Shown piece after piece: positions 30,506 to 41,220 of a stretch of DNA of 64,000 nucleotides. This DNA comes from Synechococcus sp. Lineage in GTDB: Bacteria > Cyanobacteriota > Cyanobacteriia > PCC-6307 > Cyanobiaceae. Both the position numbers and the translations under genes were made by a program. Within the stretch, counting starts at the first letter, position 1. Each line of letters opens with the position of its first letter. The stretch spans positions 704,001 through 768,000 of the forward strand of contig JBJBCN010000003.1 in NCBI GenBank assembly GCA_047285805.1. Direction: 5' to 3'. Below the pieces are notes generated by a model. That model saw only the letters and a list, made by a program, of their open reading frames with translations, was not told where the DNA came from and searched no databases.

Positions 30506-31893
30506 CACCGCAGGCTCTCGCTGTGGGGCAAATCGAGTTGCTGTTGGAGCACCCCGAGCTTCAGGGCAACTTCCGCCAACTCCCGCTCCACGGCGGATCC
30601 ACGCACTAGGCCAGCGCCAGCGGTGAGCTCGAGGCGGCGTCCTTGGAGGGTGCCGCTGCGGATGGCGACGCGCAGTTCCGTATCCCCCTCACTGTCGATC
30701 CAGCCTATGGGGGCGGCGTAGTAGCCCCGCTCAAAGGGCTCCAGGCTGCGTAGAGCTGTCATCGCCTCGCGGCAGGGCAGGCCGGCTACCGCTGGGGTTG
30801 GATGCAGGGCGGCCGCCAGGGAGAGCGGTTGCTGATCCCCAAGCGCTGCACTGATGGGGGTGTGCAGGTGCACCAGTTGTCCGTGCCTGGCGAGCCGGGG
30901 GTGACGGGGGCGCTGGCTTTCTAGGCCTGCCCCGCGCAGCACATCCGTGATGGCTTCCACCACCAGTTCATGTTCGCGGAGGTCCTTGTCGGAGCGGGTC
31001 AGCAGGTCAGCGGTGGGACCGACCGGTGCGGTGCCGGCCAGGGCATCGCTGCGCAGTTGGCCCTGCCGCACCGTCAGGAGTCGCTCAGGGGAGGCCCCAA
31101 GCAGGGCCGGGCCTCCGGCTTGCTGCCAGAGGAAGCGGCAGCTGCCGGGTTGGCGCCGCCGCAATTGGGCGAGCAGCTGCAGGGGGTCGAGGGGTTGATC
31201 CAGCAGCAGTTGCTGCCGCACCGCCAGCACCAATTTGCGCAGGCGGCCTTCTTCGACGAGTTCCACGCCGCGCTGCACCACCGAGCGGTAGCCCTCCTGC
31301 CAGGAGGAGCGGCTGGCAATGGCCGGGCCGGGGGCATCGCCTTGATCCGCGCAAGGCAGGGCACCGAGGCGCTCGGCCTGCTCCCAGAGTTCTTCGGCGA
31401 CGCTGCGGGCGCTGATATCGCCGCCGAGGTTGCGCTGGAGACGCAGCCAGCAGTGCCGGCCCTGTTTGCTGAGTTGCCAGCGGGGCAAGACCGCCTGGAC
31501 CCCTGGAACCCCTTCGCCCTCGTGGAGCGGGCTGTCGAAGAAAGAGAAGGCCAGCAGGACCCGTGGCCGTGCCAGGGGTGGGCAGTGTTGCGGTGCGGCG
31601 AGGCGATTGAGGCTGACGGCGCTGAAGCGCTGGGCCAGCTCAAAGCGCCGGGGGCCGCTGAGTTCAAGGCTGTTGCAGCGTCCGCTCGCGGCCAAGCAAA
31701 GCCCTGGGGCGCTGTCCCATAGGAAGCGGAACCGTTCCCCCTCCTCCAGCTGGCTGAGCAGGGCCATCGGATCCCGGCTTGGAATCGCCATGGCCAGGCT
31801 GAGCACGCCCTCTCCCTCGAGCTGGCGCTCGCCGGCCTGGGCGGCGGTCAGCAGATCGCTGAAGCGGGTTGTGACGCTGGTGGGGGCCTGCAA
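30505..31893 (-). CDS. menF: Isochorismate synthase (start uncertain)
   Basis: KLVLAV, GASPERL, ALAGT, KDLREHELVV, LHPTPAVAG, RGYYAAPIGW, AGAGLV. Confidence 0.93.
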   Translation of the reverse strand: MQAPTSVTTRFSDLLTAAQAGERQLEGEGVLSLAMAIPSRDPMALLSQLEEGERFRFLWDSAPGLCLAASGRCNSLELSGPRRFELAQRFSAVSLNRLAAPQHCPPLARPRVLLAFSFFDSPLHEGEGVPGVQAVLPRWQLSKQGRHCWLRLQRNLGGDISARSVAEELWEQAERLGALPCADQGDAPGPAIASRSSWQEGYRSVVQRGVELVEEGRLRKLVLAVRQQLLLDQPLDPLQLLAQLRRRQPGSCRFLWQQAGGPALLGASPERLLTVRQGQLRSDALAGTAPVGPTADLLTRSDKDLREHELVVEAITDVLRGAGLESQRPRHPRLARHGQLVHLHTPISAALGDQQPLSLAAALHPTPAVAGLPCREAMTALRSLEPFERGYYAAPIGWIDSEGDTELRVAIRSGTLQGRRLELTAGAGLVRGSAVERELAEVALKLGVLQQQLDLPHSESLR

Positions 31894-31946
31894 CCGAAAC
31901 GGGCCGATGCGGCTGCTCAAATGTATGGGCCTTCCCGCACCTAGAG

Positions 31947-32906
31947 TTGCCTCTGCCCGCTGACGAGCCTCAGGTCGTCGCAAGCCTTCATGCCCCTGTC
32001 GCTGAGCGCAGGCGCCTTTGGAAGGCTGCGATCAAGTGGCCGATGTACGCCGTGGCCGTGATGCCAGTGCTGCTGGCCGCTGGTTTGCGGATGCAGCAGG
32101 GGCTCACGGTGCGGCTCGATCAGCTTGTCCTCTTTCTGCTGGCGGCCGTGTTGCTGCTGGCTTGGGAAAACCTGGCCAATGACGTCTTTGATGCCGACAC
32201 CGGCGTCGACGCCACCGGCAAGCCCCATTCCCTGGTGAACCTCACCGGCCGGCGGGATCGGGTCTCGCTTCTCGCCAATGGCGCGCTGCTGCTGGGCTTG
32301 CTCTTGATGGCTCTGGTCGCTGTGCGCAGCAACGGCGCGGTCCTCGCCCTGGTGCTCGCCTGTTGTGGCCTGGGCTATGTCTATCAAGGTCCGCCCTTTC
32401 GCCTGGGGTATCGGGGGCTGGGGGAGCCGCTCTGCTGGTTGGCCTTTGGCCCCTTGGCGACAGCCGCTGGCTTGATGGCCCTTGCCCCCGCGGGTGCGGC
32501 CGCGGTGCCCTGGCGTGCCGCCCTGGAGCTGGGGAGTGGCCCCGCCCTGGCAACAACCTTGGTGCTGTTCTGCTCCCACTTCCATCAGGTGGAGGAGGAC
32601 GCCGCCCACGGCAAACGCTCGCCGGTCGTCCGGCTGGGAACGGGTCGGGCCGCGGCATTGGCGCCCTGGTTTGTGGCGGGTTGTCTCGCTTTTGAGTGGG
32701 CCCCGGTGCTCGTCAACCACTGGCCCCTGACAGCATTGCTGAGCGCGGCCGGTTTGCCTGCGGCCCAGGCCTTGACCCGCCTGCTGCGCGAGCATCACAG
32801 CGAACCTGACCGCATTGTCGGCAGCAAATTCTTGGCCCTGCGCTTCCAGGCCCTGAACGGTTTGGGCCTCGCACTCGGTTTGGCCCTTGGGCCCTTGCTG
32901 GGCTGA
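31947..32906 (+). CDS. menA: DHNA phytyltransferase
   Basis: LWKAAIKWPMY, NDVFDADTGVD, YQGPPFRLGY, HFHQVEEDAAHGK. Confidence 0.94.
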   Translation: MPLPADEPQVVASLHAPVAERRRLWKAAIKWPMYAVAVMPVLLAAGLRMQQGLTVRLDQLVLFLLAAVLLLAWENLANDVFDADTGVDATGKPHSLVNLTGRRDRVSLLANGALLLGLLLMALVAVRSNGAVLALVLACCGLGYVYQGPPFRLGYRGLGEPLCWLAFGPLATAAGLMALAPAGAAAVPWRAALELGSGPALATTLVLFCSHFHQVEEDAAHGKRSPVVRLGTGRAAALAPWFVAGCLAFEWAPVLVNHWPLTALLSAAGLPAAQALTRLLREHHSEPDRIVGSKFLALRFQALNGLGLALGLALGPLLG

Positions 32907-33868
32907 TGCAGCTGCAATGGCGGCCCTACACCTTCCGGCTGACCAGTGCCCTGGTCAGTGCCCAAGGGCGCTGGCTCGACCGTCGTGGTTGGCTGCTGCG
33001 GCTGGAGGCTCCAGATGGGCGGTTGGGTTGGGGGGAAGTTCCCGATTTGCCAGCGGCTTGGCGGACCCCAGAGCCCGAACGTCCTCCGCTTGCGGAGGCC
33101 CTCGCCCAGCTTCCTAAGGAGCTGGACCGGTCCTGTCTGGAGGCCCAGTTGCCCGCGCTGCCCAGGGCCTTCGCCTGTGGCTTGGGCATGGCCTTAGCGG
33201 AACTCGATGGCATTGGCTGGCTGGAGGCGCCGGAGTCCGCGGAGCTCTTGCCGGCTGGGAAGGCGGTGCTGCCGGCGCTGGAGGCACTGCGGCAGCGATC
33301 CGGCAATCATCCTCGCTGCGTGAAGTGGAAAGTCGCGGTTGTCGCCGATGCCGAGGAACGCGTGTTGCTCGAGCGGTTGTTGGAGCAGCTCCCGCTTGAC
33401 TGGGGGCTGCGCCTCGATGCGAACGGTGGCTGGGATCGCCCGGTGGCGGAGGGTTGGGCGGATCGCCTCGTCGGCGAGCCGCGTTTGCAGTGGCTGGAGC
33501 AGCCCCTGGAGCCCGCCGACCTGGAGGGGCTGCAGGCCCTGGCGCAGCGGCTGCCGGTCGCCCTCGATGAATCCCTGCGGCAGTGCCCGGAGTGCGTTGA
33601 TGCGGGCTGGCCCGGCTGGCTGGTGCATCGGCCCTTGGCGGAGGCGGACCCGCGTCCGTTGCTGGAGCAGTTGCAGCGGGGCGTGCCTCGCGTGATGGTC
33701 AGTACGGCCTTTGAAACCGGGATCGGCCGCCGTTTTCTTCAGCACCTGGCTGGCCTGCAGGCCCTGGGCCCCACCCCGGTAGCACCGGGCTTTGCGCCGG
33801 CCTGGCAGCCGGAAGGCCCACTGTTCAGCCCGGATCCGCAGGCGGTCTGGGAGGCGGCAGCGCCATGA
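32906..33868 (+). CDS. menC: o-succinylbenzoate synthase
   Basis: GWGEV, KWKVA, LRLDANGGW, WLEQPL, ALDESL. Confidence 0.92.
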   Translation: MQLQWRPYTFRLTSALVSAQGRWLDRRGWLLRLEAPDGRLGWGEVPDLPAAWRTPEPERPPLAEALAQLPKELDRSCLEAQLPALPRAFACGLGMALAELDGIGWLEAPESAELLPAGKAVLPALEALRQRSGNHPRCVKWKVAVVADAEERVLLERLLEQLPLDWGLRLDANGGWDRPVAEGWADRLVGEPRLQWLEQPLEPADLEGLQALAQRLPVALDESLRQCPECVDAGWPGWLVHRPLAEADPRPLLEQLQRGVPRVMVSTAFETGIGRRFLQHLAGLQALGPTPVAPGFAPAWQPEGPLFSPDPQAVWEAAAP

Positions 33869-35079
33869 GTGGGATCGAGGTGCTGTTGGACCAGGGGGAT
33901 CGCGCCGCTTTGGCCGAGCAGCTGCGGCAGCACTGTCGGGAAGGCCGGACAACCGCCGTGGTCACCCCCCAAGAGCGAGCGCAGCTCGAGCCTCTCCTGG
34001 CGGCGCCGTTGCCGGAAGCCGTGGGGCCGGCCTTGGTTCTGGGTACCGGCGGCAGCACCGGCGGTCGCCAGTGGTGCCTGCAGCCTCTGGCCCATCTGCA
34101 GCGAGCGGCCAGGGCCACGGCCGAATGGCTTGAGGGAATCGGCATGGATGCAGGCGCTTGTGAGCTGCTGAACCCGCTGCCTCTTAACCACATCAGCGGT
34201 CTGATGCCCCTGGTCCGCGCAGAGAACTGGCGGGTGCCCGTGCGCTGTCTGCCGCCGCAGTGGTTGCGGGAACCGGCCCTGCTGGCGCATCAGGCCCCCT
34301 TGGATCCTGCGCGGCCGGCCTTGCTCTCGCTGGTGCCCACGCAACTGCAGCGTCTGCTCGAGGATCCCCGCGGCCTGGCTTGGCTGCGGGGCTGCGCCCT
34401 CATTTGGGTAGGTGGTGCGGCCTTGCCTCAGCCCCTGGCGGAGGTCTGCCGCCGGGAGGGCTTCCCCCTGGCCCCTTGCTATGGAAGTACCGAAACCGGG
34501 GCGATGGTTTCGGCCCTGGCACCTCAGGCGTTTTTGGCGGGAGAGAGCGGGTGTGGTCAGCCCCTGCCCCATGCCGAGCTGCGGTTGGATCCCAGCAGTG
34601 GAGCCTTGCAGATCCGCAGCGGCAGCCTGGCGGCGGCCCTCTGGTCCGGGGACGCCTGGCAACCGTTGCCGCTGCAGCAGGGCTGGTGGAGCAGTGGCGA
34701 TCTGGCTCGCATGGAGGCCCGTGGTCTTCAGTTGCTGGGCCGCCGCGATGGGGCGATCCAAAGCGGCGCTGAAACGGTCTTCCCCGAGCAGGTGGAAGAG
34801 GCGCTGTTTCGGCTGATCAAAGAGGCGGGGCTCACGATCGAGGCGTTGCTGCTGCTTCCCCAGGACGACCCCCTCTGGGGAGCCCGGTTGTCGGCCCTGG
34901 TGCGGCCGGCCGAGCCCCAAGATTGGCCGGCCTTGGAGCGGAGCCTGCGGCAGTTGGCTGAGCACTTGCCGCCGGCGCAGCGGCCCCGGCAATGGCTGCT
35001 TTGTAAGGGCCTGGAGCGCAACGCGATGGGCAAGTGGGAGCGCCAGCGCTGGCTCCAATGGGTTGAGTCCCGGCCGTGA
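33865..35079 (+). CDS. menE: o-succinylbenzoate--CoA ligase
   Basis: TGGSTGG, SLVPTQL, YGSTET, SGDL, GRRD, SGAETVFPE; men cluster context. Confidence 0.9.
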   Translation: MSGIEVLLDQGDRAALAEQLRQHCREGRTTAVVTPQERAQLEPLLAAPLPEAVGPALVLGTGGSTGGRQWCLQPLAHLQRAARATAEWLEGIGMDAGACELLNPLPLNHISGLMPLVRAENWRVPVRCLPPQWLREPALLAHQAPLDPARPALLSLVPTQLQRLLEDPRGLAWLRGCALIWVGGAALPQPLAEVCRREGFPLAPCYGSTETGAMVSALAPQAFLAGESGCGQPLPHAELRLDPSSGALQIRSGSLAAALWSGDAWQPLPLQQGWWSSGDLARMEARGLQLLGRRDGAIQSGAETVFPEQVEEALFRLIKEAGLTIEALLLLPQDDPLWGARLSALVRPAEPQDWPALERSLRQLAEHLPPAQRPRQWLLCKGLERNAMGKWERQRWLQWVESRP

Positions 35080-35125
35080 CAGATCGCGCCTGAGTTGCTA
35101 AAAGCGGCCTATGGCGGGAGGACCC

Positions 35126-35392
35126 ATGGCCGAGAGCAACCTCACCGAAGCCAGCAATAAAAAGCTCGCCGCTGGATTGCTCGCGATCTTTTTGGGTTCA
35201 TTCGGTGTTCACAAATTTGTGCTCTGTTACAACACCGCTGGCTTGATCATGTTGCTCGTCACGGTCTTGACATGTGGGGTCGCAGGTTTTGTGATGGGGG
35301 TGATTGGAATCATCGAAGGCGTCATCTATCTCACGAAGTCTCCAGACGAATTCGAGTCGATCTATCTACAGAACAGCAAAGAGTGGTTCTGA
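35126..35392 (+). CDS. TM2-domain membrane protein
   Basis: KKLAAGLLAIFLGSFGVHKF; GGAGG SD upstream. Confidence 0.9.
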   Translation: MAESNLTEASNKKLAAGLLAIFLGSFGVHKFVLCYNTAGLIMLLVTVLTCGVAGFVMGVIGIIEGVIYLTKSPDEFESIYLQNSKEWF

Positions 35393-35401
35393 GGTGCAGC
35401 T

Positions 35402-35611
35402 GTGAGGTCGGCCCATCTCTGGATTTTGCCGCTCTCTGCTTTTTTGAGTGTGGGCCTGTTTGCCACAATCCCGGTGGATGGATTTCATCCCGTTGCACTT
35501 CTCGCCAGCTTGTTGCCGCTGCAATTGGCGGCCCTGTTTTGGTGCCTTGGGGTGATCTCTAAAGGGGCCGAATCCCGCCTTGAAGGGCAGAGGCTTCCAG
35601 CCATCGATTGA
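35402..35611 (+). CDS. Small hydrophobic hypothetical protein
   Basis: Two hydrophobic segments; follows the TM2 gene; 3' overlap with the thioesterase gene. Confidence 0.5.
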   Translation: MRSAHLWILPLSAFLSVGLFATIPVDGFHPVALLASLLPLQLAALFWCLGVISKGAESRLEGQRLPAID

Positions 35612-36008
35612 TTCCCTGTGGCAATTCGCAGCGCTGCCGTCCGTCGGTTCGGATGGCGACATGGCGGGTGAGCCCTTCTGCTACCAGCTGGTCTTCGCTG
35701 CTGAAGCTGTAGCGCACTTCAAAGCAGCTGGGATCGAGCCGCGTTGGTTTGACCTGGATCGTCAGTGGTGAGCCACAGATCAGCGGCCGGCGGAAATCAG
35801 CGCTGCAGTGAACGATCGGGAGTCCCACTTCTGGGGTGCAGCGGGGGGTCGGAAAAATCTCGGCGGCGTTGAGGCCAAAGCGCTCGAGGCTTTCTTCGTA
35901 GGCCTCATGGCACCAACGCAGGAGCTGTTGGAAATGCATCACGCCAGCGCCATCGGTTTCGCCGAAACGCACGCTGCGGCAAAGAATCAACCAGCTGTTC
36001 GGATTCAT
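35559..36008 (-). CDS. 1,4-dihydroxy-2-naphthoyl-CoA thioesterase (hotdog fold)
   Basis: VRFGETDGAGVMHF, CHEAYEESL, LPIVHCSADF; next to men genes. Confidence 0.9.
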   Translation of the reverse strand: MNPNSWLILCRSVRFGETDGAGVMHFQQLLRWCHEAYEESLERFGLNAAEIFPTPRCTPEVGLPIVHCSADFRRPLICGSPLTIQVKPTRLDPSCFEVRYSFSSEDQLVAEGLTRHVAIRTDGRQRCELPQGINRWLEASALQGGIRPL

Positions 36009-36101
36009 TGCTCGCTGCAGTCAAACCCGCATTGGGGTCTTCACCATTGGTTCAGTTTGCGGGATGGCATGGCGTCGCCGCTGCCTGCAACAAGGGGCTG
36101 A

Positions 36102-36530
36102 TTAGTGGAGCTGCGCCAGTGGGAAGTGCAGCAGGCCTGGGCCGGTCCAACCACCCAAGCTCACTCCCAGGCGCAGGAACCAATAGCCCAGGAGGGCGAT
36201 GACACCAGCGCCGAGGGGCCACGCCGGAATCCCTGGCGGCAGCAGGCGGCGTTGGCGGATCGAGACGATGGACCAAGTCACGAGGGCAACGGCCACCAAC
36301 GGACCAAAGGCATGGAGCTGTAGTGCCCGATCCAGGTTGCCGGTCAAGCTCGCGGCGGTGGCGCGGGTCAGATAGCAGGTCGGGCAGGGAATGCCCGTGA
36401 GCGCCCGAAACGGACAGCTCCAGCCGGGCAGGCCTGGGTGCAGGCCCTTCAGCCACAGGGAACAGGTGAGGCCAGTAGGCAGCAGACAACCGCTGCTTCG
36501 AATCCGTTGAAGAAACCGGTTAGCGGTCAA
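36102..36530 (-). CDS. DUF2752-family membrane protein
   Basis: [19 protein letters not shown] motif. Confidence 0.85.
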   Translation of the reverse strand: MTANRFLQRIRSSGCLLPTGLTCSLWLKGLHPGLPGWSCPFRALTGIPCPTCYLTRATAASLTGNLDRALQLHAFGPLVAVALVTWSIVSIRQRRLLPPGIPAWPLGAGVIALLGYWFLRLGVSLGGWTGPGLLHFPLAQLH

Positions 36531-37704
36531 CCGAGCCCATGATCACATCGATGGAGCCCAGAATCGCCATGATGTCTGCCACTTTGGCTCCCTTGAGGAT
36601 GTGAGGAAGGATCTGGAGGTTGGTGAAGTCGGCCGCGCGGATCTTGAAGCGCCAGGGGGTCACATCGTTGTTGCCCTGCAGGAACACCCCGATTTCACCC
36701 TTGCCTGATTCCAGGCGGGTGTAGAGCTCACCGTTGGGGATTTTGAAGGTCGGCGCCACTTTCTTGGCCACGATTTGATAATCGAAGCCGGTAAATTCAC
36801 TTCCCTTGCCCTCGGCTATACGCCGCGCTTCGAGGTTCTCGGTGGGGCCGCCGGGGATCATCCGGCAGGCCTGGCGCAGGATCTTCAGGGACTGGCGCAT
36901 CTCCTCGATGCGGACGCGGTAGCGGGCGAAGCAGTCGCCTTCCTTCTCCCAGGCCACATCCCAGTCGAAGTCGTCATAGCACTCGTAGTGGTCGACCTTG
37001 CGCAGGTCCCAGGGCACCCCGGAGGCCCGCAGCATTGGGCCGGAAAGGCTCCAGTTGATCGCCTGCTCACGGGTGATCGTGCCAAGGCCCTCAATCCGCT
37101 TGCGGAAGATCGGGTTGTTGGTTATCAGCTTTTCGTATTCGTCGATCTTCGGCCCGAACCAATCGCAGAAGTCCAGGCATTTGTCCAGCCAGCCGTAGGG
37201 CAGGTCCGCTGCGACACCACCGATGCGGAAGTAGTTGTTGTTGATCAGGCGCTGCCCGGTGGCGGCTTCCCAGAGGTCGTAGATCATCTCCCGCTCGCGG
37301 AAGATGTAGAAGAACGGCGTCTGGGCGCCCACGTCCGCCAGGAAGGGGCCAAGCCAGAGCAGGTGGTTGGCGATGCGGTTGAGCTCGAGCATCAACACGC
37401 GGATGTAGCTGGCTCGCTTGGGCACCGGCACGTCGGCCAGGCGCTCTGGGGCGTTGACCACGATTGCTTCGTAGAACATGCCCGCCGCGTAATCCATGCG
37501 GCTGACGTAGGGCACGAACATCACGTTCGTGCGGTTCTCGGCGATCTTCTCCATGCCTCGGTGGAGGTAGCCGATGACCGGCTCGCAATCCACCACGTCC
37601 TCCCCGTCCAGGGTGACCACAAGCCGCAACACCCCGTGCATCGAGGGGTGGTGGGGCCCGAAGTTCACCACCATCGGCTCCGTGCGCGTTTCCAGCTGCG
37701 TCAT
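36520..37704 (-). CDS. ndhH: NDH-1 subunit H
   Basis: [39 protein letters not shown]. Confidence 0.99.
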   Translation of the reverse strand: MTQLETRTEPMVVNFGPHHPSMHGVLRLVVTLDGEDVVDCEPVIGYLHRGMEKIAENRTNVMFVPYVSRMDYAAGMFYEAIVVNAPERLADVPVPKRASYIRVLMLELNRIANHLLWLGPFLADVGAQTPFFYIFREREMIYDLWEAATGQRLINNNYFRIGGVAADLPYGWLDKCLDFCDWFGPKIDEYEKLITNNPIFRKRIEGLGTITREQAINWSLSGPMLRASGVPWDLRKVDHYECYDDFDWDVAWEKEGDCFARYRVRIEEMRQSLKILRQACRMIPGGPTENLEARRIAEGKGSEFTGFDYQIVAKKVAPTFKIPNGELYTRLESGKGEIGVFLQGNNDVTPWRFKIRAADFTNLQILPHILKGAKVADIMAILGSIDVIMGSVDR

Positions 37705-37754
37705 GGGGCCGAGGAAGAGGGCTCGCTTGTGGGATCTTAGGAAGGAAGGGCCCG

Positions 37755-38669
37755 TTGCTTACACGTCCGCTGGTTCAGGCCTATGACCACGTGCCTGTGC
37801 TGGCAGCGCAGGTGATGGCCAGTTTCGCTGCGCTGGAACCCCTTTTGCAGGAGCGGGACGGTGGTCTGCTGATCGATTGCACCCTCGGTGGCGGCGGCCA
37901 CAGCGCCATATTGCTCGAGGCACACCCCAGCCTGCGCCTGGTGGGGTTGGACCAGGACCCCACGGCCCGGCAGGCGGCGGCGGAGAGCCTGGCCCCCTTC
38001 GCTGATCGGATCACGATTGTCGCCACCAACTTCGCGGACTACCAGCCCCAGGAGCCGGCCCTGGCGGTCATGGCCGATCTCGGCGTGAGCAGCCCCCAGT
38101 TGGATCTAGCGGAGCGGGGCTTCAGCTTTCGCCAGGATGGTCCGCTGGACATGCGGATGAATCCCCAGGTCGGGGAGACCGCCGCGGAGTTGATCGAGCG
38201 TCTCGAGGAAACCGAGCTGGCGGATCTGATCTACGCCTATGGCGAGGAGCGGCTCTCCCGGCGCATCGCTCGCAAGATCAAGCAGCACCTCGCGGAGCAG
38301 GGACCCTTTGCCGGTACCGATGCCCTGGCCTATCTGGTGGCTGGTTGCTACGCCCCCAAGGCGCGTCACGGGCGGATTCACCCGGCGACCCGCACCTTTC
38401 AGGCCCTGCGGATTGCCGTGAACGATGAACTGGGGGTCTTGGATCGCCTCCTGCAGCAGGCTCCTGATTGGTTGTTGCCAGGCGGGCTGATGGGGGTGAT
38501 CAGTTTTCACTCCCTCGAGGATCGCCGCGTCAAAATCGCCTTCAGCAGTGATGAGCGGCTGCAACGGGTCACCCGAAAACCTGAAATGGCTGGAGAGGAG
38601 GAGCAGAGCTCCAACCCTCGCAGCCGTTCCGCCAAATGGCGTGTCGCGCGAAAGCGCGATCTGAGTTGA
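37755..38669 (+). CDS. rsmH: 16S rRNA m4C1402 methyltransferase
   Basis: [52 protein letters not shown]. Confidence 0.97.
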   Translation: MLTRPLVQAYDHVPVLAAQVMASFAALEPLLQERDGGLLIDCTLGGGGHSAILLEAHPSLRLVGLDQDPTARQAAAESLAPFADRITIVATNFADYQPQEPALAVMADLGVSSPQLDLAERGFSFRQDGPLDMRMNPQVGETAAELIERLEETELADLIYAYGEERLSRRIARKIKQHLAEQGPFAGTDALAYLVAGCYAPKARHGRIHPATRTFQALRIAVNDELGVLDRLLQQAPDWLLPGGLMGVISFHSLEDRRVKIAFSSDERLQRVTRKPEMAGEEEQSSNPRSRSAKWRVARKRDLS

Positions 38670-39440
38670 TCAGTTATTGCTCATGATCCCGGTGTGGTCC
38701 TGGCTGCCGAACAGCTGGCGGTAGGCCGCGGTGCTTACACAGATCAGGACCGGCGCGAGCACCAGCAGACCGCCGGCGTTGAAGAGGTAGGCGACGCCAG
38801 CGACGATGCTCTCGACGATCACGAACCAGAGCACGGTCCACCAGCTGGGGTTCACGCCGTCGATGCCGGCCTGGAGGGTCTCTACGGGACGATTGGTGCC
38901 ATATAGGGACATCGGCACCAGGAACTGCTGGGTGACGACCACCCAGATCTTGAAGATCGCGAAGGCAATCACAGGGATCCAGAAGAGGACAGTGTTGACC
39001 TTGCCGAGACCAAAGCCAATGCCCCAGGCCACGGCGCCGACGACGGCGAGCAAGATGACCAGCAGGAGGCTGGAGCCGAAGAGGCGGCCGCTGGCATCGC
39101 TATCCCAGCGGGTGAAGCTGCTGAAGCTGGGCTTGTGGCCTTCGAGGCTGGTCCAGGCACCGCGGGTCAGGCCCACGGCGGCCCAGAGGGCCACGATGAT
39201 GTAGCCGATGATTCCGACCACCAGGCCGATCTTGGTGGCGACGGGGTGCAGCAGGGCCGGTGCACCGACGGCCAGGTGGAGCAGCCCGCTGGTGATCAGT
39301 CCGATAAAGGGGGCCATGATCACGAGCACCAGCACCTGGAAGAGCACAAAGGGCCAGGGTGCGCGGCAGAAGGCCTGCCATCCATCCTCAATCGCTCGCA
39401 GAATCGAGAGCTTGTTGGTACCTGGGGTGGGCAATCCCAT
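38670..39440 (-). CDS. Multi-pass membrane hypothetical protein
   Basis: RAIEDGWQAFCRAPW...STAAYRQLFG; about six hydrophobic segments; strong codon bias. Confidence 0.8.
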   Translation of the reverse strand: MGLPTPGTNKLSILRAIEDGWQAFCRAPWPFVLFQVLVLVIMAPFIGLITSGLLHLAVGAPALLHPVATKIGLVVGIIGYIIVALWAAVGLTRGAWTSLEGHKPSFSSFTRWDSDASGRLFGSSLLLVILLAVVGAVAWGIGFGLGKVNTVLFWIPVIAFAIFKIWVVVTQQFLVPMSLYGTNRPVETLQAGIDGVNPSWWTVLWFVIVESIVAGVAYLFNAGGLLVLAPVLICVSTAAYRQLFGSQDHTGIMSNN

Positions 39441-39514
39441 CGAAAAAGCTGGTGTTTGGCCGGAAAGTAGCGACCGCGACAGCGCCTGCCCACCAATCTT
39501 GAATTTTTGACGCG

Positions 39515-40654
39515 CTAGGACCGCCGCAGGGTCTTGAGCGTTTCCTCCAGGACGTCTCCGGCCCGCTCTACGTCGGCGCGGGAGCTGGGGCGTCCCAGGC
39601 TGAAGCGGACCGAAGCGGCCGCCTCCAGGCGGCTCCGGCCCAGGGCTTGCAGCACGTGGGAGGGTTCGCCCGCGGCGCAGGCGGAGCCGCTGCTGACCGC
39701 CAGGCTGCGCCTTAGAGCTTGATGCAGGGCGGTTCCCTCGACTCCCTGGATGGTGATGTTGAGGTTGTGGGGCAGGCACTGCGTGAGGCTCCCATTGCGC
39801 TCGATTCCCCCCAGGGCTTGGCAGCGCTCCCAGAGCGCATCCCGCAGTTGCGCGAGCCGTGGCCCGCGGCTGTTCCGATCCGCCTCGGCCAGCTCCACGG
39901 CTTTCGCCAGGCCGACGATCAATGGCACCGGGAGGGTGCCCGCGCGCAGTCCCCGCTCTTGACTGCCCCCGTGTTGCTGGGCGGCGAGCTCAACCCCAGG
40001 GCGGATCGCCAGGGCGCCGACGCCTTTGGGGCCATAGAGCTTGTGACCGCTGAGGCTCAGCAGATCGAGGCCGGACGGCAGGGGCACATGCCCGACCGCC
40101 TGGGCCCCATCGCAGTGGACGAGCACCTGTCGCTCGTGGCAGAGCTGAACGATGGCCTCCATTGGTTGGAGGACGCCGATCTCGTTGTTGGCGGCCATAA
40201 CGCTCACCAGCAGCGTCTCCGCTGTCAGGGCCTCCTTCAGTCGCTTCAGGTCGATCCCGCCATCGGCCTGGGGTGCGAGGCAGACCAGCTCAAAGCCATG
40301 CCCCGCCAAATAGCGCATCGGATCGAGGACGGCCCGGTGTTCGGTGGCCAGGCAGATCAGGCGCCGGCGGGATCCGCCCCGCCGCAGCTCCGCCTCCGCG
40401 ACCCCCTTGATCGCCAGGTTGTTGGCTTCGCTGGCGCCGCTGCAGAAGATCAGTGCCTCGGGGCTGAAGCACAGGCTGCCGGCGATGGTGCTCCTGGAGT
40501 GCTGCACCGCGGCGGCCGCGGTCAGGCCCGGGCGATGCAGGCGGCTTGCGGGGTTGGCGAAGTCCTCGATCCACCAAGGCGCCATCGCCTTCACCACCGC
40601 CGGATCGCAGGGGGTGGTGGATTGGTAATCGAGGTAGGTGACGCCTGAGGCCAT
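39515..40654 (-). CDS. iscS: Cysteine desulfurase (IscS/NifS family)
   Basis: YLDYQSTTP, SGASEANN, ANNEIG, SGHKLYGPKG, SSGSAC. Confidence 0.92.
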   Translation of the reverse strand: MASGVTYLDYQSTTPCDPAVVKAMAPWWIEDFANPASRLHRPGLTAAAAVQHSRSTIAGSLCFSPEALIFCSGASEANNLAIKGVAEAELRRGGSRRRLICLATEHRAVLDPMRYLAGHGFELVCLAPQADGGIDLKRLKEALTAETLLVSVMAANNEIGVLQPMEAIVQLCHERQVLVHCDGAQAVGHVPLPSGLDLLSLSGHKLYGPKGVGALAIRPGVELAAQQHGGSQERGLRAGTLPVPLIVGLAKAVELAEADRNSRGPRLAQLRDALWERCQALGGIERNGSLTQCLPHNLNITIQGVEGTALHQALRRSLAVSSGSACAAGEPSHVLQALGRSRLEAAASVRFSLGRPSSRADVERAGDVLEETLKTLRRS

Positions 40655-40695
40655 CTCCGCCCATGCTGGCAACCATGCTGCCGTTCTCGGGCGCC

Positions 40696-41211
40696 ATGAG
40701 CCTTCGCATTGCACTCCTGTCGTTGCTGCTGGGCTCCGCCTCCTTCGGTATAGGCGCCCGGGCTCAGGAGGTGCGTGATGGCGTCTTCTTCAAGCCCTCG
40801 GAGCAGCGCCCCGCCGATCTGGTGGTGCTGCGGGAGTGGGGAACAATTGAGGGTGTGCACCTGATCGGGGTGCATGGAGTGAATCCTGACCCTAATGACG
40901 CCACTGCCCGAACGATAGTCGTCTGGGTGGAATCGCCGACGGGGGTCGAGTTGGCTGTCGATAACCTGCGCTGTAGTGTCAGCGCGCCGATGCGCCTGAC
41001 CAAGCGCGGCAATGCGCTCCTGATCAAAGAGCTCAACCCCGGCGGCCAGGTGACCGAGGCCAATCGCCTAGATCACAAGATTTGGTGGGCGGCCTGTTTC
41101 CCGGAGCAGGCCGGAAAGGATCCCTCGACCCTTCAGGCCTTGGCCAGGCAGTTGGGTTACTCCGGTCAGCTGATTGAGCAGCAGCAGGTCTTGCCTGGCA
41201 ACCCTCGATAG
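40696..41211 (+). CDS. Exported hypothetical protein
   Basis: Signal peptide ending ARA; ELNPGG...WWAACFP. Confidence 0.75.
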   Translation: MSLRIALLSLLLGSASFGIGARAQEVRDGVFFKPSEQRPADLVVLREWGTIEGVHLIGVHGVNPDPNDATARTIVVWVESPTGVELAVDNLRCSVSAPMRLTKRGNALLIKELNPGGQVTEANRLDHKIWWAACFPEQAGKDPSTLQALARQLGYSGQLIEQQQVLPGNPR

Positions 41212-41220
41212 ATTGCGAAG

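Noticed and set aside
36025..36063. CCCGCA...TGCGGG inverted repeat upstream of the thioesterase gene
   Set aside because: Short stem, long loop, no U tract and no recognisable RNA motif.
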